Shown: piece by piece, positions 41,077 through 50,592 of the stretch
How positions within the stretch are numbered: position 1 is the first letter of the stretch
Layout of the letters: every line of letters starts with the position of its first letter
NCBI GenBank assembly: GCA_944321435.1
Contig: CALULH010000001.1
Location: 252,452-316,451, forward strand
Direction of reading: 5' to 3'
DNA: 64,000 nt
From: an uncultured Coriobacteriaceae bacterium
GTDB lineage: Bacteria; Actinomycetota; Coriobacteriia; Coriobacteriales; Coriobacteriaceae
The notes under the pieces: model-generated
Told to the model about the DNA's origin: nothing
Database searches by the model: none
Seen by the model: only the letters and a program-made list of their open reading frames with translations
Translations under genes and position numbers: made by a program

Positions 41077-41106
41077 CCTTTTCGGGCCCAGGGCCCGGTC
41101 GAGCGC

Positions 41107-43764
41107 TTACGCGCGGGCGCAGAGCCCGTTGAGAACATAGGGCAGAATGCCGCCTTGGGCAAGGTAGGCGCCTTCTGTGGGCGTGTCCACGCGGACCGTC
41201 GCCGCAAAGCGCGTGACGCCGCCGTCCGGAGCGGTCGCCGTGACCTCAACCGACGCGGGCACCGGGAGCCCGCCCGACACGTCGACGGGCGCGATATCGA
41301 TGCGCTCGCGGCCGGTCAGGCCCAGCGACTCGGCGCTCTGGCCGTCCTCGAACTGCAACGGCAGGATGCCCATGCCGATGAGGTTGGAGCGGTGGATGCG
41401 CTCGAAGCTCTCGGCGATAACCGCGCGCACGCCCAGAAGCGCCGGCGCCTTGGCCGCCCAGTCGCGCGACGACCCCGACCCGTACATCTTGCCCGCGACG
41501 ACCACGAGCGGGTTGCCGGACTCGCGAGCCGCCTCTGCGCAGTCGAACAGCGGCTCCACCTGGCCCGTGGCGTGATTGAGCGACCACGCCCCCACCCGGC
41601 CGTCGGCCAGGCGGTTCTCGAGCTTAACGTTGGCGAAGCAGCCGCGCATCATGACCTCGTGGTTGCCGCGGCGCGCACCGTAGGTGTTGAAGTCGGGCTG
41701 AGCCACGCCGTGGGATCCCAGGTAGGCCGCAGCCGAGGAATCGGGCGCGATGGCGCCCGCCGGGGAGATGTGGTCGGTGGTGACGAAGTCGCCCAGCAGC
41801 GCCAGGACGCGCGCGTCGCGGATGCCCCGCGCGTCGAGCGGGCGGGCGATGCGGAAGTACGGCGGGTTGCGCACGTAGGTCGACGCCTCGTCCCAGGCAT
41901 ACGTCGCCGACGGCTCGGTGCCGAGCGCGTCCCACGCCGCATCCCCGCTGAAAAGATCTCCCGCGACGGCCTCGAACAGGTCGGGCGCGACGTAGGCGCG
42001 CAAGGCGGCGGCCACCTCGTCGTCGGAGGGCATGAGGTCGGCGAGCATGACGGGGCCCTTGGCGCCCTGGCAGACCGGCTCGTGGGCCAAATCGACGTGC
42101 ATGGTGCCCGCAAGGGAGTAGGCAACCACGAGCGCCGGGGCGGCAAGGTAGTTCTGCGCCACGTCGGGGCTGATGCGCCCGTCGAAGTTGCGGTTGCCGG
42201 ACAGCACGCTCGTCAGCTCGCACTCCGCGCTGATGGCCTTCATGCCCGGCAGGATCTCGCCGGAGTTGCCGATGCAGCTCATGCAGCCGAAGCCGCAGAT
42301 GTAGAAGCCCAGCTGCTCGAGCGGCTCTATAAGGCCGGAGCGGGCGAGAAGCTCGGCGGTTGCGCGCGAACCGGGGGCGAGCACCTTCTTGACCCAGGGG
42401 ACGGGCTTGGCGCCGAGAGCGACGGCCTTCCGCGCGGCGAGTCCCGCCGCGAGCATCATGGCGGGATCGGTCGCGGTCGTGCAGCTGGTGATCGCCGCGA
42501 TGGCGATGGCACCGTTTGAGAGGGTGCGCATCTCACCCGCCACCTCAGCCTGGAACCGCTCGTCCATAGCATGGCCGTGCGCGGCGCAGGACTCCTCAAC
42601 GCGCCGCTTGAGGTCGGAGACGCCCACGCGGTTGTGCGGGCGGCTGGGACCGGCGAGCGACGGCTCGACCTGGCCGAGGTCGAGCTCGAGCACGCGCGCG
42701 TACACGGCCTGGGAACCGTCCAACGCGAACATCCCCTGCGCCTCGAGGTAAGCACGGGCGAGTTCCACCGCGTCGCCGGACCCGGTGAGCTCGAGCTGGG
42801 CGAGAGCCGCCTCGTCGGCCGGGAAGAGGGTGGCCGTGGCGCCGTACTCGGGCGTCATGTTGGCGATGGTGGCGCGCTGCGTGGCCGTCAGCGACGACAC
42901 CCCGGGGCCGAAGCACTCCACAAGGCAGCCCACCACGCCCTCGGCGCGCAGCTTCTCGGCGAACGCCAGCGCCACGTCCATGGCGGACGCGCCGTCCGAG
43001 AGCGCACCGGTGAGCCGCATGCCCACTACGGCGGGCACGCGCATGGTGATGGGCTGGCCGAGCGCGGCGGCCTCGGCCTCGATGCCGCCCACGCCCCATC
43101 CCAGCACGCCCAGGCCGTTGGCCGTGGGGGTATGGGAGTCGGTGCCCACGAGCGTGTCGAAGTACGCCTCGCGCACGCCGTCGGGCGCCTCTGCGTCCCA
43201 GACCACGCGGCAGAAGCGCTCGACGTTCAGCTGATGGCAGATGCCCACCCCGGGCGGCACGATCGTCACGTTGTCGAAGCTCTCGGACGCCCATTTGAGG
43301 AACGAGAAGCGCTCGGCGTTGCGCTGGGCCTCGAGCTCCATGTTGCGCTGGAGCGCCTCGGGGCACCCCGCAACGTCGGCGGTCACCGAGTGATCGACCA
43401 CGAGCGTGCAGGGGATCTGCGGGTTGATGAGCGCGGGATCCTCCCCGCGCTCGGCCGCGGCGTCGCGCATGGCGGCGAAGTCCACGAACACGGGAACGCC
43501 CGTGAAGTCCTGGAAGAGCACGCGCGCCGGCATGAACTCGATCTCCTCGCCCGCCTCGCCGGCAAGGCCGGCTGCGACGACCTTCTCGGCCGCGGCGCGG
43601 GCCCCCTCGGCGTCCGCCGCGCGGCGCACGACGTTCTCGAGCAGGATCTTGAGGCTCGCCGGCAGGCGATCGGCGCCGGGGACGGCGCTGATGTCGTAGT
43701 AGCGGTACGTCCGGCCCGCAACCTCGAGGGTGCGGGCGTAGGGGTTGTTCTGGGCTGATGGCAT
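41107..43764 (-). CDS. acnA: aconitate hydratase AcnA
   Basis: 885 aa. VVDHSV, TDSHT, GCMSCIGNSG (Fe-S ligand region) and swivel-domain GSSRDWAAKAP motifs. Confidence 0.95.
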   Translation of the reverse strand: MPSAQNNPYARTLEVAGRTYRYYDISAVPGADRLPASLKILLENVVRRAADAEGARAAAEKVVAAGLAGEAGEEIEFMPARVLFQDFTGVPVFVDFAAMRDAAAERGEDPALINPQIPCTLVVDHSVTADVAGCPEALQRNMELEAQRNAERFSFLKWASESFDNVTIVPPGVGICHQLNVERFCRVVWDAEAPDGVREAYFDTLVGTDSHTPTANGLGVLGWGVGGIEAEAAALGQPITMRVPAVVGMRLTGALSDGASAMDVALAFAEKLRAEGVVGCLVECFGPGVSSLTATQRATIANMTPEYGATATLFPADEAALAQLELTGSGDAVELARAYLEAQGMFALDGSQAVYARVLELDLGQVEPSLAGPSRPHNRVGVSDLKRRVEESCAAHGHAMDERFQAEVAGEMRTLSNGAIAIAAITSCTTATDPAMMLAAGLAARKAVALGAKPVPWVKKVLAPGSRATAELLARSGLIEPLEQLGFYICGFGCMSCIGNSGEILPGMKAISAECELTSVLSGNRNFDGRISPDVAQNYLAAPALVVAYSLAGTMHVDLAHEPVCQGAKGPVMLADLMPSDDEVAAALRAYVAPDLFEAVAGDLFSGDAAWDALGTEPSATYAWDEASTYVRNPPYFRIARPLDARGIRDARVLALLGDFVTTDHISPAGAIAPDSSAAAYLGSHGVAQPDFNTYGARRGNHEVMMRGCFANVKLENRLADGRVGAWSLNHATGQVEPLFDCAEAARESGNPLVVVAGKMYGSGSSRDWAAKAPALLGVRAVIAESFERIHRSNLIGMGILPLQFEDGQSAESLGLTGRERIDIAPVDVSGGLPVPASVEVTATAPDGGVTRFAATVRVDTPTEGAYLAQGGILPYVLNGLCARA

Positions 43765-43977
43765 GGCCTCCCCTTCCCATACGGTGCACGGTTCGCCGGG
43801 TCCACGGGGCCCGGGCGGAACTCATACTATAGCGCAGAGGAACCTGCAACCCCGGGGCGCCCAGCGCGCTCCCAAACAGAAACACAGCGCCCACGAACCG
43901 TTCGCATGACAGCCCGCGGCGCAGGGCGCCACCGGGCCTGTCGCCCCCTGGCCCCGTCCACCGGGACCTGGAGGCGC

Positions 43978-46656
43978 CTAGCGCCGGCGCGGGAGCCTGA
44001 CCTGCACGCCGCGCGCGGACTTGCTCACCTTGAACCCGCGCTTCGACCGCGCGCCGCCGCGGGCGTTGGCGCGCACGGCGGCCGCCGCCGACCGCTGCGC
44101 GGCGCGCCGGTCGCGCCGGTCGCGGCTGGCCTGCGAGCGCGCCACCATGCGGGCGGCGGTGCGCTCGACGGTGCTCGGGCGCACGGAGAGCGCCCCCTTG
44201 CGGCCCCGGCTCATGGACATGCTGACGCCGCGGCCGAAGCCCGTCGCGTGGCGCCCGCCCCGCGCGAAGGCGTAGGCGAACCGCTCGAGCGCGCTCGTCA
44301 GCCATCCGAACCCGAACCACCCGGCCAGGCACGCGACAACCAGCACCGCGAGCGCCGGCGCGCCGGGCCATGCGATCATGAAGAGCCCCGGGAAGAGGCC
44401 GATCCCCGCGGCGAGCCCCGCGGCGACGAGCGCGAACAGCGTCCCGCGCAGCGCGTTGAACGGCCAGGAGAGCTGCCAGATGAGCCGGCACCCCACCGCG
44501 CTCGTCGCAACGAGCGCCATGGTGGACAGCGCCGCCTTGTCCTCGTCCAGCAGGTTGCAGGAGGCCATGCATGCGCTCACCGCTGCAACCACCATGAGGC
44601 TCGCCGGCAGCGCGCGCTTGAGCACGTTGGTCAGGAAGTTGCCCCTCACACGGTCGTGGTTTGGCTCCAGGGCCAGCACGAAGCTGGGGAAGCCGATGCA
44701 GAAGAAGTTGATGAGCGTCATCTGGATGGGCTGGAAGGGGTACGGTGGGAAGGCTATGCAGATAGCCGCGAGCGCCATCGAGAAGAGCGTCTTGGTGAGG
44801 AAGAGCGCCGCGGAGCGCTGCAGGTTGTTGATGGAGCGACGGCCCTCGGCCACCACGGCGGGCATGGCGGCGAAGTCGTTGTCCACCAGCACGATCTCCG
44901 CCACATTGCGCGCCGCGTCCGAACCGGCCGCCATGGCCACCGAGCAGTCGGCCTCCTTGAGCGCCAGAACGTCGTTCACGCCGTCGCCGGTCATGGCCAC
45001 CGTGTGGCCGCGGCGCTTGAGCGCCTGCACCAGCTCGCGCTTCTGCTGCGGCGTCACGCGCCCGAACACGTGGTAGCGGTCAACCGCGGCGTCCACCTTG
45101 GCCGGCGTGGTGAGCGTGGTGGCGTCCACGTACTTGTCGGCCCCGGGAACGCCCACCTGCCCCGCGATGAAGGACACCGTGCGCGGGTCGTCGCCGGAGA
45201 TGACGTTCAAGGTGACGCCCTGCTCGCAGAAGTAGCGTATGGTCTCCGGCGCCGACGCGCGGATCTCGTCGCGGATGGTCACGAAGCCCAGCGGCATGGG
45301 GCGGCCGACAAGGTCGCCCTCCTCGGTGAAGCCGTCGACGCGCGCGACCACCAGCGCGCGGGCCTGCGCCGCAAGCTCGGACACGCGCTTCTCGCACGCT
45401 TGGAAGTCCCGCGGCTCGAGCACGAACTGCGCCGCGCCCATCACGTAGCATCCCGCGTCGCCGAAATCCGCGCCGCTCCACTTCTTGGCCGAGGAGAACG
45501 GCACCACGCGCACGGGGCTCCACGCCGCCGTCCCCGCACCCTCGTAATGGGCGAGAAGGGCGCGGCAGGTCTCGTTGGCATCGGCCGAGGTCGCCTCGGC
45601 GATGCTCGCCAGCGCGCGGTCGAGCAGGCCGGCGTCCTCCCCGTCGAGGGGATGGGTCCCCGCCACCTCCATGCGCCCGGAGGTGATGGTGCCCGTCTTG
45701 TCCAGGCACAGCACGTCCACGCGCGCCAGCGTCTCGATGCAGTAGAGCTGCTGGGCGAGCACGCGCTTGCGCGCCAGGCGAATGGTGGCCAGGCAGAGCA
45801 CCGAGCTGGTCAGGAGCACCAGCCCCTGCGGGATCATGCCGAGAAGCGCGCCCACCGTGGTCAGGATGGCGGCCGAGAAGCCCACGCCGTCGGCGCGGCT
45901 CGACCAGAACAGCGCTATCCCCAGCGGGAGCATGACCACGCTCGCGAACCGCACGATGGCGTTGAGCGCGCGCATGATCTCGGAGTTGACCTGCTTGACG
46001 TACTTGGCCTCGTTGTTGATCTTGGCAACGTAGTTGTCGGCGCCCACGTGCACCACGCGCGCGTACATCAGCCCCGAGTCCACGAAGCTGCCGCTCATGA
46101 GCTCGGAGCCGGGCGTCTTACGGATAAGGTCGCTCTCGCCGGTAAGCAGGCTCTCGTTAACGCTCGCCTCGCCGGAGACCACCACGGCGTCGGCCGGTAT
46201 CTGGTCGCCGCGTCCGAGAAGCACCAAGTCGTCCAGCACGATCTGGTCGAGCTCGACCTCCCACTCGGTGCCGTCGCGCACCACCCGCGCCTTCTTGGCG
46301 GCCAGGAGCGTAAGCTTGTCGACCATGCGCTTGGAGCGCAGGGCCTGCCAGATGCCGATGAGGGTGTTGGCGGCGACGATGACGAGGAACGTGAGGTTCT
46401 TGAACTCGCCGGTGATGACGACCAGGATGGACAGCACCACGTTGATGAGGTTGAACAGCGTGCAGACGTTCTCCAAGACGAGCTCGCGCACGCTCTTGGT
46501 CTTGAGCTCGGTGTTGACGTTGACCTTGCCGGCGGCGATGCGCTCCTCGACCTCGGACGTGGTGAGGCCGGTGAGCGAGCCGGAACCAGGGCGCTCCTGC
46601 GGCCCTCCGGAGGCGCCTTGGTCGGATGCAGTATAGGACGAGGGCGTTTCGCTCAT
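43978..46656 (-). CDS. cation-translocating P-type ATPase (HAD-IC family, P2-like), substrate not assignable
   Basis: TGESD, CLDKTGTITSG, MTGDGVNDVLALKEAD motifs and 8-10 TM segments. Start MSETPSS at 46656. Ends in an unusual Arg-rich tail of about 95 aa. Confidence 0.88.
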   Translation of the reverse strand: MSETPSSYTASDQGASGGPQERPGSGSLTGLTTSEVEERIAAGKVNVNTELKTKSVRELVLENVCTLFNLINVVLSILVVITGEFKNLTFLVIVAANTLIGIWQALRSKRMVDKLTLLAAKKARVVRDGTEWEVELDQIVLDDLVLLGRGDQIPADAVVVSGEASVNESLLTGESDLIRKTPGSELMSGSFVDSGLMYARVVHVGADNYVAKINNEAKYVKQVNSEIMRALNAIVRFASVVMLPLGIALFWSSRADGVGFSAAILTTVGALLGMIPQGLVLLTSSVLCLATIRLARKRVLAQQLYCIETLARVDVLCLDKTGTITSGRMEVAGTHPLDGEDAGLLDRALASIAEATSADANETCRALLAHYEGAGTAAWSPVRVVPFSSAKKWSGADFGDAGCYVMGAAQFVLEPRDFQACEKRVSELAAQARALVVARVDGFTEEGDLVGRPMPLGFVTIRDEIRASAPETIRYFCEQGVTLNVISGDDPRTVSFIAGQVGVPGADKYVDATTLTTPAKVDAAVDRYHVFGRVTPQQKRELVQALKRRGHTVAMTGDGVNDVLALKEADCSVAMAAGSDAARNVAEIVLVDNDFAAMPAVVAEGRRSINNLQRSAALFLTKTLFSMALAAICIAFPPYPFQPIQMTLINFFCIGFPSFVLALEPNHDRVRGNFLTNVLKRALPASLMVVAAVSACMASCNLLDEDKAALSTMALVATSAVGCRLIWQLSWPFNALRGTLFALVAAGLAAGIGLFPGLFMIAWPGAPALAVLVVACLAGWFGFGWLTSALERFAYAFARGGRHATGFGRGVSMSMSRGRKGALSVRPSTVERTAARMVARSQASRDRRDRRAAQRSAAAAVRANARGGARSKRGFKVSKSARGVQVRLPRRR

Positions 46657-46910
46657 GGCGTATCCTTCAGAAACCCCGCGAGCGCGGGGGCCGCTTCTCA
46701 CACGTTGCCGTTGGCGGGCGTCCCGCCCGGCGCAGGCGCGCAAACCAACGGTACTGATGATAACCAGAAGCGCCCCGGCATATGCTTGCGAAGCGCTTAA
46801 TCCCCGCGGAAGCCACGGCGTCCTTCCACAAGCGCAGGCTGCGCGCCGCCATGAGCTGCGCTTGTCGCGCACCTGTCACGCACTTGCCGAGAAAGGCCGC
46901 GACCGTCGAC

Positions 46911-47027
46911 GCTCTGCATGCATATCTTTTTATGCATGCAGTCCCTATCGGCAGGAGGCCGTTTTTACGCTCTAGGCGAAAGAGAGTGCATGCGGAACGA
47001 GAAGACGATAAGGAATGCATGCAACGT
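46911..47027. repeat. TGCATGCA-box element, copy A (three perfect boxes plus one imperfect; includes hairpin 46914-46941)
   Basis: Perfect TGCATGCA at 46915, 46933 and 47016; TGCATGCG at 46987. Homologous in reverse orientation to 56853-56955, sharing ctttttRtgcatgca, gaggccgtttt, ctctaggcg and gaacgaga...tgcatgcaacgt. Confidence 0.75.
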
Positions 47028-47081
47028 CCCCCGTGCCCTCACCGAGCTTCGAGCCCTGGCACCCCCCCCTGGCACCCCTAT

Positions 47082-47115
47082 GAAAAGAGCCCGTCTCCCC
47101 CAGGGAAACGGGCTC
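47082..47115 (-). terminator. intrinsic terminator downstream of tRNA-Arg
   Basis: Minus-strand RNA reads GAGCCCGU-UUCCCUGGGGGAG-ACGGGCUC-UUUUC. Confidence 0.65.
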
Positions 47116-47125
47116 GCTCATGCGC

Positions 47126-47202
47126 TGGTGTCCCTTACAGGGTTCGAACCTGCGGCCTTCTGCTCCGGAGGCAGACGCTCTGATCCACTGAGCTAAAGGG
47201 AC
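47126..47202 (-). tRNA. tRNA-Arg, anticodon CCG, CCA encoded
   Basis: Minus strand reads GTCCCTTTAGCTCAGTGGATCAGAGCGTCTGCCTCCGGAGCAGAAGGCCGCAGGTTCGAACCCTGTAAGGGACACCA. The 7-bp acceptor stem pairs, the D-loop reads AGCTCAGTGGA, the anticodon loop is CTCCGGA, and the T-loop is GGTTCGAACC. A TACAAT -10 lies about 12 nt upstream. Confidence 0.93.
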
Positions 47203-47410
47203 GTAGCGGTATGCATTGTACTCAGGTGCGCACGCAAAAACAAGTGCGGCGCGGGGGCGTCGCAAAGCCGTCATTTACCGCAGCGTCCGCAACCATGCCG
47301 CGGCTATCGCCCGCGCCGCGTGTTAAATCGACCGAACCAGACGGCCGTCGAGCGCCTTCTCGGCTACACTGTTGACCATCTAGCCGCAAGCGAGACCCAG
47401 GAGAGAAAAC

Positions 47411-48418
47411 ATGATCGCAATCTTGCGCAAGGACGCCCCCGAGGACGCCGTCGAGCACCTACTCGGGTGGATCCGCAAGAAGGGCCTCGAAACCCACGTG
47501 AGCCACGGCGCCAACGAGACCATCGTGGGCCTGGTGGGCGACACCACGAAGATAGACCCGTTTTTGCTCGAGAGCATGGACATCGTGGAGCGTGTGCAGC
47601 GCGTCTCCGAGCCGTTCAAGAAGGCCAACCGCAAGTTCCACCCCGCCGACACCGTGGTCGACTGCGGCTTCGGCGTCAAGATCGGCGGCGGGCACTTCCC
47701 CGTCATCGCCGGCCCCTGCTCGGTGGAGGGCGACAACCTCATCGAGATCGCCCGGGCGGTCAAGCAGGCCGGCGCCCAGATGCTCCGCGGCGGCGCGTTC
47801 AAGCCCCGCACCTCCCCTTACGCCAACCAGGGCATGGGCGAGAAGGGCCTGGACCTGCTCTGCGAGGTCCGCGACGAGCTCGAGATGCCCATCGTGACCG
47901 AGATCATGGACCCGCGCGACGTTCAGCTCTTCCTCGACAAGAAGATCGACGTCATGCAGATCGGCGCGCGCAACGCGCAGAACTTCACCCTGCTCAAGGA
48001 GGTCGGCAAGACCACGACCCCGGTGCTGCTCAAGCGCGGCATGTCCGAGACCATCGACGAGCTCCTCATGGCCGCCGAGTACATCATGAGCGAGGGCAAC
48101 GACAACGTGATCCTGTGCGAGCGCGGCATCCGGACCTTCGAGACGCGCACCCGCAACACCTTCGACCTCAACGCCATCCCGGTGCTGCACTACCTCACGC
48201 ACCTGCCAGTGGTGGCCGATCCCAGCCACGCCGTGGGCTACACGCGCTACGTGCCGCAGATGGCGCTCGCCGCGGTGGCGGCCGGCGCCGACGGCCTGGA
48301 GATCGAGGTCCACAACGATCCGAGCCATGCCTGGTCCGACGGCGCCCAGGCGCTCACCCCGGAGCAGTTCGCCGACACCATGCGCCGCATCGCGCTTATC
48401 CGCGAGGCCATTGCGTAA
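47411..48418 (+). CDS. aroF: 3-deoxy-7-phosphoheptulonate (DAHP) synthase, type I-beta, with an N-terminal ferredoxin/ACT-like regulatory domain
   Basis: Catalytic core VIAGPCSVE...LRGGAFKPRTSPY...DPSH, preceded by an extra domain of about 70 aa (MIAILRKDAPEDAVEHLLGWIRKKGLETHV...), as in Thermotoga-type DAHPS. Confidence 0.9.
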   Translation: MIAILRKDAPEDAVEHLLGWIRKKGLETHVSHGANETIVGLVGDTTKIDPFLLESMDIVERVQRVSEPFKKANRKFHPADTVVDCGFGVKIGGGHFPVIAGPCSVEGDNLIEIARAVKQAGAQMLRGGAFKPRTSPYANQGMGEKGLDLLCEVRDELEMPIVTEIMDPRDVQLFLDKKIDVMQIGARNAQNFTLLKEVGKTTTPVLLKRGMSETIDELLMAAEYIMSEGNDNVILCERGIRTFETRTRNTFDLNAIPVLHYLTHLPVVADPSHAVGYTRYVPQMALAAVAAGADGLEIEVHNDPSHAWSDGAQALTPEQFADTMRRIALIREAIA

Positions 48419-48578
48419 GCCCCGTTTCCCGCGGGGCTCAGGGCGACAAGAGCCTGGAATCCACCCGATATCGGATTTCAGAACGTTATCGCCCCGAGCC
48501 CCAGAAGCCAACGTGGCAAGATTACGGTGAGGATAGGGCTGATCGCAAGGGTCATTTCTTAGGAGAAAGGCAGCCGGT

Positions 48579-49469
48579 ATGGACGAGAAGAGCGCGCGCT
48601 GCGCGGGCGTGGTGGGCCTGGGACTCATCGGCGGAAGCTTTGCCAAGGCGTACCGCGCAGCGGGCTGGCGGGTGCTCGGCGCGGACACCGACCCCGAGAC
48701 CATGGACGTGGCCCGGATCGAAACCGTTGCCGGAGCGCTCGACGAGGGCGGACTGGCCGCATGCGACATCGTGGTGCTCGCCGCCTACCCCGACGCCTGC
48801 CTCTCCTGGCTCGAGGACCACGCCGAGGCGCTCGGTGCCCTGGGCGCGGACGGTCCGCTCGTCATAGACACCGCCGGCGTCAAGGGGCACGTGTGCGAGC
48901 GCGCCTTCGCGCTCGCCGCCGAGCACGGCTTCGCCTTCTGCGGGACCCATCCCATGGCGGGCACGCAGTTCTCGGGCTTCGCCCATGCCCGCGCGGACCT
49001 TTTCCGCGGGGCGCCCTGCGTGCTCGTGCCGCCGAGCGTTCCGGACGCCGAGCGCCTGGAGCTGCTCGACCGCGCCAACACGCTGCTCAGGCCGCTGGGG
49101 TTCGGCTTCTTCAGCGTGACCGGACCGGCGGCGCACGACGAGGTCATCGCCTTCACGAGCCAGCTGGCGCACGTGGTGTCCAACGCCTACGTGAAGAGCC
49201 CCACCGCACGCGAGCACCACGGCTTCTCAGCTGGCAGCTACCGCGACCTCACGCGCGTGGCGCACCTGAACGCGCGCATGTGGGCGGAGCTCATGAGCGA
49301 GAACGCCCGGAACCTCAGCCGCGAGATCGGCCAGCTGGTAGACGCCCTCAACGCCTACCGTGCGGCACTCGATGCCGGCGACCGCGAGCAGCTGCGGCTG
49401 CTCTTGGCCGAGGGAGACCGCATCAAGCGCGCGCTCGACCACGAGGCCGACGCGCCCGAGAACGCGTAA
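48579..49469 (+). CDS. tyrA: prephenate dehydrogenase
   Basis: GVVGLGLIGGSFA NAD-binding motif and a TyrA-like C-terminal domain. AGGAGAAAGG Shine-Dalgarno. Confidence 0.88.
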   Translation: MDEKSARCAGVVGLGLIGGSFAKAYRAAGWRVLGADTDPETMDVARIETVAGALDEGGLAACDIVVLAAYPDACLSWLEDHAEALGALGADGPLVIDTAGVKGHVCERAFALAAEHGFAFCGTHPMAGTQFSGFAHARADLFRGAPCVLVPPSVPDAERLELLDRANTLLRPLGFGFFSVTGPAAHDEVIAFTSQLAHVVSNAYVKSPTAREHHGFSAGSYRDLTRVAHLNARMWAELMSENARNLSREIGQLVDALNAYRAALDAGDREQLRLLLAEGDRIKRALDHEADAPENA

Positions 49470-49479
49470 AGGAGCCCGC

Positions 49480-50592
49480 ATGCGCATCATAGACGTACCC
49501 GCCAGCACCCCTTACCAGGTCCACCTGGGCACCCGTCTGCTTGAGCAGGCCGGGCAGCTGGTGCGAACGGCGGCCGGCGGCACCAAGGCCGCCCTCATCA
49601 CCGATTCCAACGTGGGGCCCCTTTACGCCCCCATCGTCGAGCGGAGCCTGAAGGAGGCCGGCTACGAGACCTGCACCTTCACCTTCGCGGCGGGCGAGGA
49701 GCATAAGCGCGCCGACACGCTCGTTGACGCGTTGGAGTTTCTCGCCGCCCACGAGCTCGACCGCGGCGACGTGGTGGTGGCGCTCGGCGGCGGGGTCACC
49801 GGCGACATGGGGGGCCTTGCCGCCGCGCTCTACATGCGCGGCATCGCGCTCGCGCAGATGCCCACGAGCCTTTTGGCCATGGTGGACTCGTCGGTTGGCG
49901 GCAAGACGGCCATCGACCTCGCGTCCGGCAAGAACCTTGCGGGCGCGTTCTGGCAGCCGCGCGTGGTTATCGCCGACATCGGCTGCTTGGGCACGCTCAC
50001 GCCCGAGCAGTTCGCCGACGGCTGCGGCGAGATCGTGAAGCACGCCGTCATCCGCGACCCCGCGCTCTTCGCCGAGCTCGAGCTCACGCCGCCCACCTAC
50101 GAGCTGCTCTGCGGGCCAGGCGGCGTGAGCCGCATGGAGGCCATCGTCGCCCGCAACGTGGAGATTAAGCGCGACGTGGTGGCAGGCGACGAGCGCGAGG
50201 CGGGCGGGCGCAAGCTCCTCAACTTCGGCCACAGCATCGGCCACGCCGTCGAGGCCTGCGGGCAGTACCGCCTGGGCCACGGCAACTGCGTCGCCGTCGG
50301 GATGTGCCTCATGGCCCGCGCCGCCATAGCGCAGGGCGCTTGCGCGCCCGAGTTTCTCCCCCGCCTCGAGCGCCTGCTCTCCGCCTGCGGCCTCGCGACC
50401 CGCACCGACTTCACCGTCGACGAGCTCTACCGCTGCGCCCTGCACGATAAGAAGCGTGCAGGGGCAACCATCGACCTCGTGATCCCGCATGACCTGGGAA
50501 GCTGCGACATCGAGCGCGCGTCGCTCGACGGCTTCCGCGCGCTTATCGCCCAGGCCCTTGACTCCCAAAACGCCGAGGAGGACGCATGCTAG
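49480..50592 (+). CDS. aroB: 3-dehydroquinate synthase
   Basis: ALGGGVTGDMGGLAAA, PTSLLAMVDSSVGGKTAID and NFGHSIGHAVE motifs. ATG at 49480 behind AAAGGAG. Confidence 0.93.
   Translation: MRIIDVPASTPYQVHLGTRLLEQAGQLVRTAAGGTKAALITDSNVGPLYAPIVERSLKEAGYETCTFTFAAGEEHKRADTLVDALEFLAAHELDRGDVVVALGGGVTGDMGGLAAALYMRGIALAQMPTSLLAMVDSSVGGKTAIDLASGKNLAGAFWQPRVVIADIGCLGTLTPEQFADGCGEIVKHAVIRDPALFAELELTPPTYELLCGPGGVSRMEAIVARNVEIKRDVVAGDEREAGGRKLLNFGHSIGHAVEACGQYRLGHGNCVAVGMCLMARAAIAQGACAPEFLPRLERLLSACGLATRTDFTVDELYRCALHDKKRAGATIDLVIPHDLGSCDIERASLDGFRALIAQALDSQNAEEDAC

Noticed and set aside
46667-47020. A 117-aa ORF on the minus strand in the long spacer upstream of the P-type ATPase.
   Set aside because: It is Arg/Cys/Ala-rich with no motifs and no Shine-Dalgarno. 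It runs through the TGCATGCA repeats and hairpins. Its composition looks like translated non-coding GC-rich DNA.
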